Below, one piece after another: positions 13,228 to 26,419 of a DNA stretch of 64,000 nucleotides. Made by a program: the position numbers and the translations under genes. The DNA is taken from positions 125,798,001 through 125,862,000 of the forward strand of contig NC_067398.1 in NCBI RefSeq assembly GCF_016432865.1, read 5' to 3'. Each line of letters starts with the position of its first letter. Position 1 is the stretch's first letter. This DNA comes from Antechinus flavipes. Its lineage: Eukaryota. The notes beneath the pieces are model-generated. The model searched no databases and was not told the origin of the DNA. It saw nothing but the letters and a program-made list of their open reading frames with translations.

Positions 13228-14043
13228 CTAAATTCAAGAGGATGAGGGAACATTTACTTCAATACTAGAGGTAACAAATGTTAAGATGTAGAGGTAGTAG
13301 GGGAGGAGGAAGAGGAAATGGGATTTATTAAAAACTGAGCTATGATATTGATTGTATACATCTTTACTTTGGACTCTCCTTCTTAAGGAGATGTGAGGAT
13401 TGATGCTCTAGCTGGAATCACAAAAAATACTGAGTGGCTTCTATATGCCCAGTACTATGCAAGGAGCCAGGGTGAGGGGGGTGTGTGTAATCAAGAAGAG
13501 TAATATAAAAAGGAGTCAGTTGATTAGACTAATACCTATGGAACTATTAAATATTAAAGAAGTTGTGGGAATTCAGATAAGGAATTATCAGTGTGGACTG
13601 GGATAATTGATGCAGATTAAGTAAAAAAAAAATGTGGTCTAGAGTATTAGACCATCAGAGACTCTAAAAAAATCATTTCCTACATTTCACAGAGAAGGAA
13701 ACTGAGATCAAAGTTATTTAATAAATTTTTTCAAGATAACATAACAAATGCTAAGTAATTCTTAGAGGATTCAGATATCCCGTTGGTTAATCAGTCCATA
13801 AGCATTTATTAAATGTCTGCTTATATACTAGGCATTGTTCTAAGTGCTAAGGATACAAAGGTCTCAAGAAGTTCACAGTCTAATGGGGGTGAAAGAAAGG
13901 CAGCCAGGAACTCTTTGTTGGGAAAGATCTTGCCTATTTTTCTGGGATACTTTATCATGCTAGGATTTCACTGGGACAGATACCAGGAAAAGAAATGTTT
14001 AGAAGAGAGGAACATGAGAGTAACAGAGGAGACGTGACCTGAC

Positions 14044-14146
14044 CTGTTAATTTGGCTGCACCACTTCGGATTCCTTCCCAGGAACTACTGAAATAGGCAA
14101 ACGTGTGTGTGTGAAGGATCCAGAGGAGATCCTGGTTTTTCTTTGC
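14044..14146 (-). CDS. MROH2B: MROH2B exon 40 (103 nt)
   Basis: ctcctag|GCA AAG...ACA G|gtcagg; AKKNQDLLWILHTHTFAYFSSSWEGIRSGAAKLT. Confidence 0.95.
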
Positions 14147-14771
14147 CTAGGAGAAATGAACATTAAACTGGTAGGAGCTGGAAGAGGGATTAATTGGCTC
14201 TCTTCCTTTCTCAAATCCTGCAAGCAAAGATTTAAAAGGGAATGAAGAAATAAGGGAACCCTTATATAGTTTCTATGTGGCACATAAAGCTCTTCCTTTA
14301 CTATCTCTTCCCTTCCTATCTTTCTAGTCTTCTTACGCTTTTTCCCCTTTACACATTCTGGGATGAGGCTGCACTTAAATTTCCAGGTGCTCTTGTAAAA
14401 TCTTCTAAGACTATAAGCTGCAGAGAAGGTGACATCCTTCATTAATATGGAGATTGTCCTTCACCCAGTAGACCCTTATATCAATGAAATCACACGTATA
14501 GATCCTATCCTATACTGTGCTGAATTCAGCAGTGGCATTCTGGGTCTGGAGAGGTAAAAAAACACTAACTTTAATTTAGCTAGGGTGTTATAGTGGAATG
14601 GTAATGATGGTAAGAGTTCTCACTGTATGTGGTCAGTGTTCATTTGTTCCATTTTTCTAGCTCTGATTTTCCCAAACCATTCTGGAGAAGAATGTAACGG
14701 GTCACCTCAACGGACCTTTTTTCTTTTCTTAGAACCTGAGACTTTCATTGGCATACCTGCCCCTTACTCAC

Positions 14772-14906
14772 CAGCTTCATGCATAGATCTCTATAGAAAT
14801 CTTTGTTCTTTGGCATCTCCTGGCAGTCAACAAAGCGGTCCAGTAGTGCATGTAAATCTTGGACACCAAGAAATGGGATACAGGCAGCCAAGGCATCACG
14901 ACAGGC
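14772..14906 (-). CDS. MROH2B: MROH2B exon 39 (135 nt)
   Basis: ttttttag|GCC TGT...CTG|gtgagt; ACRDALAACIPFLGVQDLHALLDRFVDCQEMPKNKDFYRDLCMKL. Confidence 0.95.
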
Positions 14907-15220
14907 CTAAAAAACAAAGTTTTCTGCTCTACTCTCTGACTTCCACAATTAAGAGAATCTCCATCCCAGCCAGGAGAGAATCCTGAGAGACAATGGAATC
15001 AGGAACAGGAAGTGCAATGACTCTAGGAGACTTAAGATCATTCAAATATCAAATATCATATCCAAAGGAGATTTGGAGAGACCATCAATATTCCAGAATT
15101 AGAGACCATGTCACCTGAGCAGAAGTATCATAGTTAGTTTTTCAATTGAGTGGGTTAGGGGGTCTGCAAGCTCTCTGTTCTCTCTCAGGAGGGAGGGGAG
15201 TAAAGAGGGATGGGCTTTCA

Positions 15221-15412
<192 letters not shown>

Positions 15413-15481
15413 CTAGGTAAATGAGACCTTCAACTCCTGGGCCCTCCTGTCTCTCCAATTTTGCAAAGGAGTGTAATAGTC

Positions 15482-15632
15482 TAGGGATTCTGATCATTTG
15501 TGAGACATAGACCCCTCTGAAAGTTTAGTGAAGGCTATGACCCTTCTCAGGATGTTTTTAAAAGCCAAAAATAAATGCATAGAAGTACACAGGAAGACAA
15601 TTATATATACCTCTATCTTATATTTCTATTTT

Positions 15633-15668
<36 letters not shown>

Positions 15669-15703
15669 CAGCAAATGCATGAACCACAGATTAAGAACCC
15701 CTG
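15482..15703. mobile_element. hAT-Charlie (Charlie4-like) MITE with internal (TCTA)n
   Basis: ends tagggattctgatc ... gattaagaacccctg, degenerate CAGGGGTTCTTAAC terminal inverted repeats. Confidence 0.75.
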
Positions 15704-17255
15704 GTGTAGATATGAACTGTTTTCTCTTCATATCCATAACCTTGCTCCATGTGAATTTTAAAAAACTGAATCTGTTGGGTTTGGAGAAATGTGAGGAAAT
15801 GAGTGAAAAAGGGTGATATGAGACGGAAGGCATAGGTTTTGCCTTTGAGGAAGTAAGGAAGAAATTGGCCATAGTGATGGCAATCTATTGCCATACGTGA
15901 AGCAAGGACCTGGGCTGGAACTATGGAATTCTCATGGACTGGTCTGGTGGTGTAATTGGTCCTGATTTATCTGCTTTTACTATATTAGATTAGGGTTGAT
16001 GTGAACAAGTGACCAAAGTTGTCCAATAAATATGATCCTAAATATTCTCTAACAGTTGTCCAAGAAACTCAGAGATGATTTGTAGGGTCTCAGAGTAAGA
16101 GAAGAATTCAGTCAGTTAGAAATCTATGCCTTTCTAGAATGGGATTCTATAGAGCTACATAAATAATAAATTATTCTATGGTCTTCTGTGTAACACTTCA
16201 GCCAATAATTAGAACAAATTTTAATAGAACGAGGAAGGGGATGGGGATAAGGGAAGAGCTGGTGGAGTTACAATTGAGATTTTCATTTTGTCAGAAAAAT
16301 ATGTTGTAGTCAAGAATTCAGAGTCCTAAAAAGAGGGAAGAGAAAAGTCAGAAAAATACATTTGAAAGATTTTTTTTTTAGATTTTGAGATTTAAATGAC
16401 ACATTCATTGGAAGGAAGAGACAAAAATAGTCAGAGAGCACTGGCTATTTTTAAAGGAAATTATTAAAAGTACAATAAAAATTGTACTAGTCTTTTGTTT
16501 TGCTTTTTTTTTTTTGGATCTGATTTTTCTTGAAATAGGCTTTCTTGGTTATAGTTATAACCTACCCCTGCCTAAAGCTCCTTTCATTTCTGAAATCTTT
16601 TATTTCTGGACCCTTCCAAGTTAAAAATTTTCAGCTCCACCCTATTTAGCATTTTCCTGTCAATGAGGTATACCTGTTGAAAAGAATTTGTTCCTCCTAT
16701 AAAATACATACCTTTTTTCAGTGTCCCTAAGCTGCCCTGACGCATATATTGATGGACTTAAATGCACTAACCACTTAATCTGGGGAGGTTTGGAGTTTAG
16801 CAGCAACATTGTACCCAGTGCAAACAGTGACTCTTTAAGGTGGTGGCTGCTGCCCTTGTTTGAGGGTGGATACTACCCTGATACCCTTTTCTTGTATGCT
16901 TGTCCATATGTTGCCCTTGCCTAACCCTCCATGTTCCCATCTTTGGATAGCTTAAGTTCTTCTGTATGAGTTGAAATGTGCCAAATAAACGTCTATTGTT
17001 TTGCATTGAATGACAGGTCTAATTTTTCCACAAGGTACGCTTTAAATCTCAGTGCTCTCACATTAGATTGGGACAATACAAATACTACCTCATAATCATT
17101 CCTAAGAATTATTATTCCTATTGATATAAAAAACATACAAAGGAATAAAGTAAAAAGCAGAAAACTAAAGGACAAATTAGAGATTGTACAATTTACAGGG
17201 TAAAGGGGAAATAGGATAAATAGAAACTGCCCCTTATTACAAGAAAAAAGAAAAC

Positions 17256-17368
17256 TGTAGGGCAACTAGGTGGTCCAGTGGATAGAACCCCTGGTCTCAG
17301 ACACTTAACACTTCTAGCTGTGTAACCCTGGACAAATCACTTAACCCCAATTGCCTCAGGAAAAAAAA
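17256..17368 (+). mobile_element. WSINE1 with internal deletion and 15-bp TSD
   Basis: gggcaactaggtggtccagtggatag...tctcagacacttaacactt...cttaaccccaattgcctcag plus A-tail; TSD aagaaaaaagaaaac at 17241-17255 and 17369-17383. Confidence 0.92.
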
Positions 17369-17639
17369 AAGAAAAAAGAAAACAAATAATTATACAAGAA
17401 AAAGCAGAGTCATTTAATCCAACAAATTCTATGGTTTCAAAATGGACAAAATCATCTAGGTTGATCTATTGCACATAATTCTTCCTGTTGTCTTCTGCTT
17501 TCCCCAGTCGGCTTCTCGCCTTCCTATTTAAACCAAAACCAATTCTTGATTCTAAGTGATTTACACAGTTACAATTTTAGAGAAATTCTAAAATATTGGG
17601 GATATAGGTATTGAGGCAGGAACAGAGGGCATCATGTCT

Positions 17640-18920
17640 GGAAATTAGAAATGAATAATGCAGTATTTCTATTTTGAAAAGAAAGGCAATGATTCAAAAT
17701 TACAGATTCTATTCCAGCAACATAAGACAGTGAAAAATACAGGATAAAACAAATCACAAAATAAATTTGTAAACTCTTTGAAGAAAACAGGCTACATGCA
17801 TAATAAACAAAATGGCTGTGTGAAAGCCCAAGACTTATCGAACTAATCTAATTTCCTCTTGTGACAAACTGACAGCCTAGGTAGATGTAGGCAAAATGAT
17901 AAGCTATAATTTAATTTGACTTCCATGATTCTTTAGATTCTGTTTTCTACAATGTTACTAAGAACATATCTGTTCTAGAGTACACAACTATTATGTACAT
18001 TTGTGATTGATAGGAAGGTCAGACTCAGAGAATTGTTATCAAGGGTCAGTGTCAAATGGGGAGGGGGGGATGGGAGGAGGAGAGAAGGGAAGAGTATAAC
18101 AAGTGGTTCTCTGTCAGGGTCATTTTTAGGCCCTGGATTAAGCTAATCATTAATTATCTATGTGAAGGAAGAAAAGAAACATGTCCATTCATTTTGAAGA
18201 ACACACTCTAGTGGGTGGGATATGGGCACTTATTCTGGAGAACAGTATTCTAATCCAACTGATCATAAATTAGGATTATAGCGCAATACCCACAAAACCC
18301 AGAAATTAGGATGATAAAGGATCCTTTCATTCTTCACACATGTAGGCCTAATGCTTAGCAGAGTGCCTGGAACATGGCTGGTGCTTTAAATAGAGATGTG
18401 TTGATTGACTGATAAATGAGAAAAAAATTGGAATTATGAAATAATTTTTAGCTTATAATATATATTCAGTTCCACTTTAATCTTACCTAGATTATTTTGT
18501 CTAATTCTGGGCTACAGAAACTTAGAAATTTAGAGAAGGCTCAGAGAAGAATTACAAAAGACTGGGGAATTGGTACTAGCAGGAAAATAGAAAGAAGATG
18601 AAACTTTTTAGTCTGCAAAGTAGGCTGATACTTTAATTATACTTTTCAAATACTTCAAATCTTATATGGAAATATGACTAGTTATTTTCCATCTCCATTG
18701 ATACCAGAACAAGAGGAAGAAACAGGATTTGAGTTGACAAATATATGATTTCCTGATTTTGAGGGAGGATAAATATTGGAATGCATTACTGAAAGAAGTT
18801 ATTGAGTCTTTTCCTCTGGCAGAATTTAAATATAGAATGATTCTCGCCTGTCTGGGATGTTTTTCAGTGATATTTCCTGAAGGCAGAACATGGAGTAGAT
18901 GAACATTTCCCCAGTTTTAA
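17640..18920 (+). mobile_element. L3/CR1 LINE remnant (RT and 3' region, fragmented)
   Basis: decayed CR1 RT motif region (gaactaatctaatttcctcttgtgacaaactgac, TNLISxxDxxT-like) and L3 3' end near 18500-18920. Confidence 0.7.
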
Positions 18921-19009
18921 AATCTGACAAAAATTTAGGAGAAGGAAGAGCTAGGATAAATAAAATAGGAGGAGGGATACCTTCCATCAGGCCCCTCACT
19001 CAGGACTTA

Positions 19010-19360
<351 letters not shown>

Positions 19361-19429
19361 TCACATAGATTAATGAATACCTATTTCAGTTTCATTTGGT
19401 AGTATCTTTACTTAAATTTTTGATAATCA

Positions 19430-19675
<246 letters not shown>

Positions 19676-20185
19676 TTACGATTAGCCTTAGAATCAAGAG
19701 TTTTCCCTTTTTCAGAAGTCAAGAAAGCAAAAGAGCCAATTAACACAATTTAGAAATGGGATCTAAGTATTTTTGGGAGGCAGGAGAGACAGTAACTGAA
19801 CCTAGATGTTTTGATCAGTAATTTGGTGGCTGTTGGCAGAGGCCATGTTTCTGGATACAGACAGTTCTGAGGATGAATCTCCATTCAGAATTCTTTCCAA
19901 AACTTTGAGATATGATAAGATTTGCTAGTATTGCTGTGACCAGGAAGGCATAGCAATAAAATTTCAGAGTAGGAAGGAAACAACTGCCACCAAGAAATCC
20001 AGTGAGAGTGCTAACTTCTATCCCTCTCTGACAGTACCTACTATATGGGATAGATAAAAATCAGAAAGCCTGGACTTCTGGGGTGTCATCCAACTGGCTT
20101 CTTGTAGTTCAGCTTTTGTGTTTTGGGAGGTGGGAGAACTAGAGAGGCAGGTGAGGTTTTTTGATGGTGGAAGAATGTGAATACC

Positions 20186-20211
20186 TGTGTGTGTGTGTGT
20201 GTGTGTGTGTG
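20186..20211. repeat. (GT)n microsatellite
   Basis: perfect GT run. Confidence 0.97.
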
Positions 20212-20566
20212 TTCTTCTGGGGTGAATTTGTTTCCAGTGAAAATCTTGCTCATTGGAATGTGCTATAAGCAGTTTGGGGTTTTACACCATTTATCCAAGG
20301 GTTATGTAATGAAGTCTCTGTGCTATTCAAGGTCAATGACAATTTTAGATTTGATAGCAAATTCAGAGCCTTTTTATTCTTTCCCCCCATCTACCATTGT
20401 CAAGAATTCATAGAATCCTGAAAGTCAGTCTAATTGTGAAGATGAGGTTTGGGAAATACTAGTTTTTGTCTTTGACTTGGCCACAGTAATCTGAATCTAA
20501 GTCTTATGGTCTGAAAAGTAACTTCAAGGAGGAGAATAAAATGCTGTGAGCTGTGTTGGGCCTTGC

Positions 20567-20681
20567 CTCAGAGAAGAATGCTGTGCCCATTATTCGGAAG
20601 GTCTCTGAGGTTGAAGAAAGCGATGGGAACATGTGCTCCATGATGCCTATCATGATCTCCTGTTGCCAGAGGATCAAACTC
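20567..20681 (-). CDS. MROH2B: MROH2B exon 35 (115 nt), followed by a GC donor
   Basis: ttcctag|G AGT TTG...GAG|gcaagg; (R)SLILWQQEIMIGIMEHMFPSLSSTSETFRIMGTAFFSE; frame continuity with exon 36 requires the GC donor. Confidence 0.9.
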
Positions 20682-20739
20682 CTAGGAAAAGGTAAGACCA
20701 AAATATTGACACAGAAAATGCATTTCTAAACAATTAGGA

Positions 20740-20921
20740 AAGAGCATCTTAACTTTGGGTCCATGGACCCCTGAAAAGTTTGTTGATAGGTTTCAGGAGA
20801 TGGGGGAAAATTGTATATTTTTCCTGACTTCTATTGGGAATTTCTTATTTCCTTTAACTAGGGGTCTTTGGAGTCACCAGAATGTCATCTATGATGTAAA
20901 AAAAGGCCAAGAAATACCTTG
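20740..20921. mobile_element. Charlie4-like hAT MITE
   Basis: cttaactttgggtccatggacccc ... aaaaggccaagaaatacctt. Confidence 0.6.
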
Positions 20922-21364
20922 AGTTAGGGGAAGCATCAGATACCTTGGTGGAAACATCAGATACCTTGGTGGAAACTTAAAGGAAAGGGATGTCAGAATG
21001 GAACTTCTAAATGACCTATCTTCTAGAATTTAAACCAACTTTGTAAAAAAAAAATTGCCCATAAGTAACAACTTTTATTTTTTCCTGGATGAGTGAAGAG
21101 GTTTTTGCTTTTCTGTTTCTTCCCACTCCTTTCATTATTCTCCCTCAATTATTCTTTCTTGATCCTGAGTGAGGCAATCAATATGAATAAAGTTAATTGA
21201 GAGCCCTAATTGAGATCCCAAGTTTATTAAGTTTTTCCTGTTTTATTTATTCATGTGCTTAACATTCATTCAGCAACACTGTGTGTAAAGCAATGTGGAG
21301 TTAATAGGAAGTATAATTACTTCTTGTTCCTCCCCAGTACCAACCCTAGAGTCTCTAACCATTA

Positions 21365-21559
<195 letters not shown>

Positions 21560-22204
21560 TCACAAATATAATTTATCATCCAGATTAGTAAGAGATATGT
21601 GATAGAAAATAGGAGACTCATCCAGATGGACCTGCTGAGATTAGTGGAGGCAACAAACCACATCATAATTTCTCATCAGCCTTAGAGGTCACCAAAGCTC
21701 CAAAGATGGAATGAAAGAAGTATTATCTTTTTCCCTTGGAATTCTTGGTTAGCAATGAAATTTAACAGATATGGCAAGTAGAAGCAAAAGGAAATGCCAA
21801 GTGCAAGTCCATGGAGAAAAAGTTTGATAGGAATATTTTGAGTTCAAGTAAAAGAAAGGAGTGGGAGTGGGCAAGGGGGAAAGGAGAAAGAGGAAGTGAA
21901 AGCTAACTATGAGATTTAATAATAATAAGGGGAAGAGGATGGAATAAGTCCATCAAAATAAAAGGAAAAGTGATAAGGGAAACCAGATGAGTTTGCACCA
22001 AGTTGCAAGGTTGTATCAGCTTTAGGGAAGAGAAAGACAGGATGTATTGTTGCACAGGTTGGATTGAGGAAAGGGCCACAGGCTATTTATGGTCACTGAC
22101 AAGGCAATTAAAATTATATGAACCCATAATTCATATAATCATATAGACACATATAAATACAGTTATATGGATAAATATATAATTTAGCTCATATATATGT
22201 ACTT

Positions 22205-22440
22205 GGAGGCCACTAGGTGGTGCAGTGGTTAGAACATTGGGCATAAACTCAGGATTGCCTGAATTCAAATCTGGTCTCAGACACTTATTAGCTCTGTGAG
22301 TCTGGGCAGATCACCTAATTGTTGTTTGCCCCGATTTTCTTATCTGTAAAATGAAGATAATAATAGCACCTATCTTTCAGAGTTGTTGTAAGAATTAATA
22401 CAAAGTGTTTAGCATAGTTTATAAATGTTAGCTGTTACTA
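22205..22440 (+). mobile_element. MIR-type CORE-SINE
   Basis: ctaggtggtgcagtggttag...gaattcaaatctggtctcagac...ctgtaaaatgaagataataatagcacc. Confidence 0.85.
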
Positions 22441-23959
22441 TATGTGTAGGATATTGTAGCTCTAGTTAGTAATTAATAAAGATAATTATGATCTTTTCAA
22501 TTATAAGCATAAAGTAAAGAATTATTTAATGTATCTTTATACACATCTACATCTGTATATATGTATATGTATGCAACACATATATACACATATGTATAAC
22601 ATATATATATATACACTATATATATATATTAAACAAAATAGAGCTACAATGTAGATAGGATGGTCAAAAGGACTTAAGAATGGAGTATAAACCTTGCTTG
22701 GGGATCATTCTCTCTTCTTGAAACACAATAAAACATCAAAGTAAATCTTTGCAAGAGAAACAGCAGAAGTTTCTGCAGATATGAAACAAATTCACTGGGT
22801 GATAGAATTATAGTATCATAGATTTAGAGGTGCCGTGGGCATCAGAGGTCATCTAGTTTAATCCCCTCATTTTACAGATAAGATAGGAATTTAAGTGACA
22901 CATAGGTAGGTAGTAAGTGGCAGAGATGGGATTTGAACACTATAACCACTGATGTTTCCATTCCTGGCCACAGAGGGAGGAGTTCATCATTGCTGGAACC
23001 TAGAATCCACCTCTTCTTGTGGTCAGACCCCACTTTAAATTATTTAGAGAGTGAATGAGTACTTTTTGGAAGTCACAGGGCAAGGAGGAATGGAAGGGAG
23101 CAATAAGAGCTGCTAGGAAAATTCTAAGTTATTGTGGGACCATGTGCCTTATAGCCCTGGAGCAGAAATGAATTGTTCCGTGAAGAATATCTACTGTATC
23201 AGCTCCTCAGGACAGAGATAGTCAGAGACCATACACCTTTCTCTATCTTCTAAAAATCTAGTTATCTTTCAGTCACTTCTCTGCAGGGATTCTGTGTAGA
23301 CAATCAAGCATATAAAGAAGCTGGTGGGGTCCTAGTTAATTTTATGATATTTATAAAGTGCCTATTTTGTATAAGGCACTTTGCTTTGCTGAAACAAGGA
23401 CAGAATTAAAGCAGTCCCTGGAACTCCCATATTTCTGGGGCTGGTGGCAACTGTATAATAGAACAAAGTCAAGAAAAACAAGAGATAATTATGATAATGT
23501 GGGCTAGAAACAATGAGATCCTGAATTAGATCTATGTGGCTGTGTGAGATGCTAGAGGGATGGATAAGAGAGATGGTATGTGTACACAATCTGTTTACAG
23601 AGAATCTGGTCTCTCTTGCTGAACTACTGAGGTCATGATTAATATGCTTGCTCAATAGATAGGTCCTTATATTTGTTCTGTTTCACGACAGGGACAAGAC
23701 CATCATCCAATATTCCAGAAAGAGCAACAAGTTGGATATCAGACTTGTGTTTGAATCTGAGCTTTGCTATTTACTGCCTATGGGACTTTGGGCTAATCAG
23801 GAAGCTTCCGTTTCCTCATCCACAAAGTGAGGGGTTGCACGAGCTAATCTAAGATCTCCAAGTTTTTAATCTCTTCCAGTTCTTCCAGTTCTTAATCTCT
23901 TGATTCTGTGATGTGAAATCAGCACTTATAGGAGCACCCCCTCCATGTCTGCCATTTAC

Positions 23960-24153
23960 CTGCAAGGATCTCCCTCTGGAAATCTCTGTGCCTGCTGCAA
24001 GACCCTTCTTCTCTCACTCAAGGTTGGGGTTGGCATTGGCATTTTCTGACCCAATGTGTAGCTAATGAGCTTCAAGAGCAGGTACAAAAGCTCAGCATAT
24101 GAATCTCTGATAGGGATGCCTATTGATACCACCTCATATATAGCACAGGCCAC
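23960..24153 (-). CDS. MROH2B: MROH2B exon 33 (194 nt)
   Basis: cccttag|GTG GCC...TGC AG|gtaaat; VACAIYEVVSIGIPIRDSYAELLYLLLKLISYTLGQKMPMPTPTLSERRRVLQQAQRFPEGDPC(R). Confidence 0.95.
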
Positions 24154-24703
24154 CTAAGGGGAGAGAAAGAATTCCTTTGTCAAGAGGTGGGTAAGTTCTG
24201 CTGGGGAATTCTGAGGAAAAGAACAACAGATATTATTGTGGTTCCTACTTATCAAGGGCTTTGGAATCTTTCTGACTTGATCGTCAGACCTCCCTATACA
24301 CCTTGTGCTAAAAATGTTACTAAGATAGGCTTTGGTATTTTTCTTTCTCAAAATGGTCTAATCAATACCAGGGGTTCTTCCCGTTTTTTATAAATTTAAA
24401 AAGAGGAGGATTTTTGATGTTGCTATTGTTTGTTTTTATAAGTTTGTAGACAAAGCAGAAAACACAGGCTTTCTTTGGTTTGATGGACAAATTGACTTCT
24501 CAATTTGAATTGCAAGGAGGCTTTATCCAAGTGAATCATCCACAGACAAAATTATTGCTGTACTCGTTCCATAGACATTGTTGCTGAAATGATATCAGCA
24601 CTCAAGAAAGGGTATGAATAACAACAGGCTTCAAGCAGACAGAACTGGGGAGATTATTGAGCTTGGGTACTCATTCAACTTAGTGATGAGTAGTCTAACT
24701 TAC

Positions 24704-24830
24704 TGCAATTGTCTCTGTTTCTGCTATGTCATTCTCCAGCCCACTCTCCAGTTTATCCATTAAGGCTTTTAAGAGCTGGATGTTGGGGGAACTATCCTCA
24801 GCCAGCGCCTTCCACAGTGCTTTTATGTCC
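24704..24830 (-). CDS. MROH2B: MROH2B exon 32 (127 nt)
   Basis: ttctag|G GAC ATA...GCA|gtaagt; (R)DIKALWKALAEDSSPNIQLLKALMDKLESGLENDIAETETIA. Confidence 0.95.
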
Positions 24831-24924
24831 CTAGAATTGTGAGGAAGTGGAAAATCCATGAGGTAGTTCCTGAGTACCACAAAACCTACCATTAAGTTAC
24901 TCATTACATTGTTTAAATTAAATT

Positions 24925-26330
24925 TTATTTTTTAAATTATTAAGTTATTTTAAATTTTTAATTCCTTCTCACTTTTCCCTAGGGAAAGGGGAAGAAAAAA
25001 CAAACTCTTGAAATATATAAGCACAGTCAAAACAAAATTAATTCTTATATTGGCCAATGTGTGTCTCATTCCATGTATTAGTTTATCATTTCTTTGTTAG
25101 GAGGTAGGTAGTATTCATTATTGGTCCTCTGGAATCTTGATTAATTATAGAATTAATCAGAATTCAAATAGCCTTTAAATCTTTTTGATGTTATAAATAG
25201 TTCTTCTGGTTCTGCTCAATTCACTCTGCATCCATCTATATAAGAATTTCCAGATTCCTCTTATTTCTTACAGTATAATAGTATTTTATTACATTAATAC
25301 ATAATCAGTCCTCAACTTTATCAGGGGTAATGTTCCTAAAAAGTGGTGCAAAAATTTAAAAAAATGCAAATGTTGATACATTGAGCCTATGGAAAATAGG
25401 GGGTTAAGTTCTTATGACCACCAAAAAATGGTAAACTTTCCCTAGAGAATGATGAAAATACATAAGTATATTTATAATAAAACATTAATTCTGATATGTA
25501 CTTTTCCTAACAAAATAACCATGAAATATCCCATAAGATGTAGTTCACAAAATTGGTTAATATGCAAAACATTTTTCTCAACAGTAATTTCCTAAAATTC
25601 TATGACTTTTTATGCTAATTTTCAATAAAAGCAATATTGATTTTAGACAATTTTCACACAAGAAATCTACATACTGTACAGCAAATAAAATTCTTAAAAC
25701 TAAACAGTTTTTTAAACCTGAATCTTACCTTTCAGTGTGTCAGATGGTGATGTGAGGGCATTGTATTTTATTGCTGGAAAGCTCTCTACCTTGGTCACCC
25801 TCTGAAAACCAAGGAAGAGGTTGCTGGGACTTTAATTGCTGCTTTTGGAAAATATTGAGACTCATTAGGTCTCAACATTACCTTAGAAACCAAAGGACTT
25901 CCACTATGTTATGGGGGGGCATTACAAAATTTGAATTTTAAAGGCAAACAATGAAAATATGAAACTAATGCACATGCAGATTTTTACTTTTAAAACACTA
26001 AGGTGAATGAGACCAGTGAAGTATCTAGAAGTATATCTACCACTTCATAAACGTGTGCACATTATTACACCTCTCATTTTTTCCTCTCATAGTCACAAAT
26101 ATGCACAGTTGTCAATATGAAAGTGAAAATGAGGTTACCAATAAAATCACACAAGTGCTTGAAGGAGCAAAAGTTAAATGTGTGAATACTGAAGATTGAA
26201 TGTATCATAATTTGCTCCACCATTCCCCAATTGATGGGTATCTCCCCACTTTCTAGTTCTTTGCCACTACAAAAAGAGCTGCTATAAATCCTTTGATATC
26301 CTCAGTGAGCAAGCCCAGTCATGTTAGCAC
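24925..26330 (-). mobile_element. Old LINE-1 3'UTR/ORF2-end fragment interrupted by a Tigger-like element
   Basis: L1-like sequence resumes after the insertion: cataatttgctccaccattccccaattgatggg...ttctttgccactacaaaaagagctgctataaat. Confidence 0.8.
25300..26202. mobile_element. Non-autonomous TcMar-Tigger-like DNA transposon (about 903 bp)
   Basis: TA on both flanks (25298-25299, 26203-26204); degenerate inverted ends CATAATCAGTCCTCA / CATTCAATCTTCAG; Tigger-like subterminal motifs ggggtaatgttcc and gcaaaagttaaatgtgtgaatactgaag. Confidence 0.7.
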
Positions 26331-26419
26331 CCAATCAAAGGGCACATATGATAAATTAATGACATTTTGAGATGAACCCATTCTCTCCACATGGGAGATA
26401 TTGATGATTTTTATTTAAC

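Noticed and set aside
14047-14986. ORFs 14047..14442 (-) and 14627..14986 (+)
   Set aside because: Off-frame or antisense overlaps of exons 40 and 39 plus intron sequence.
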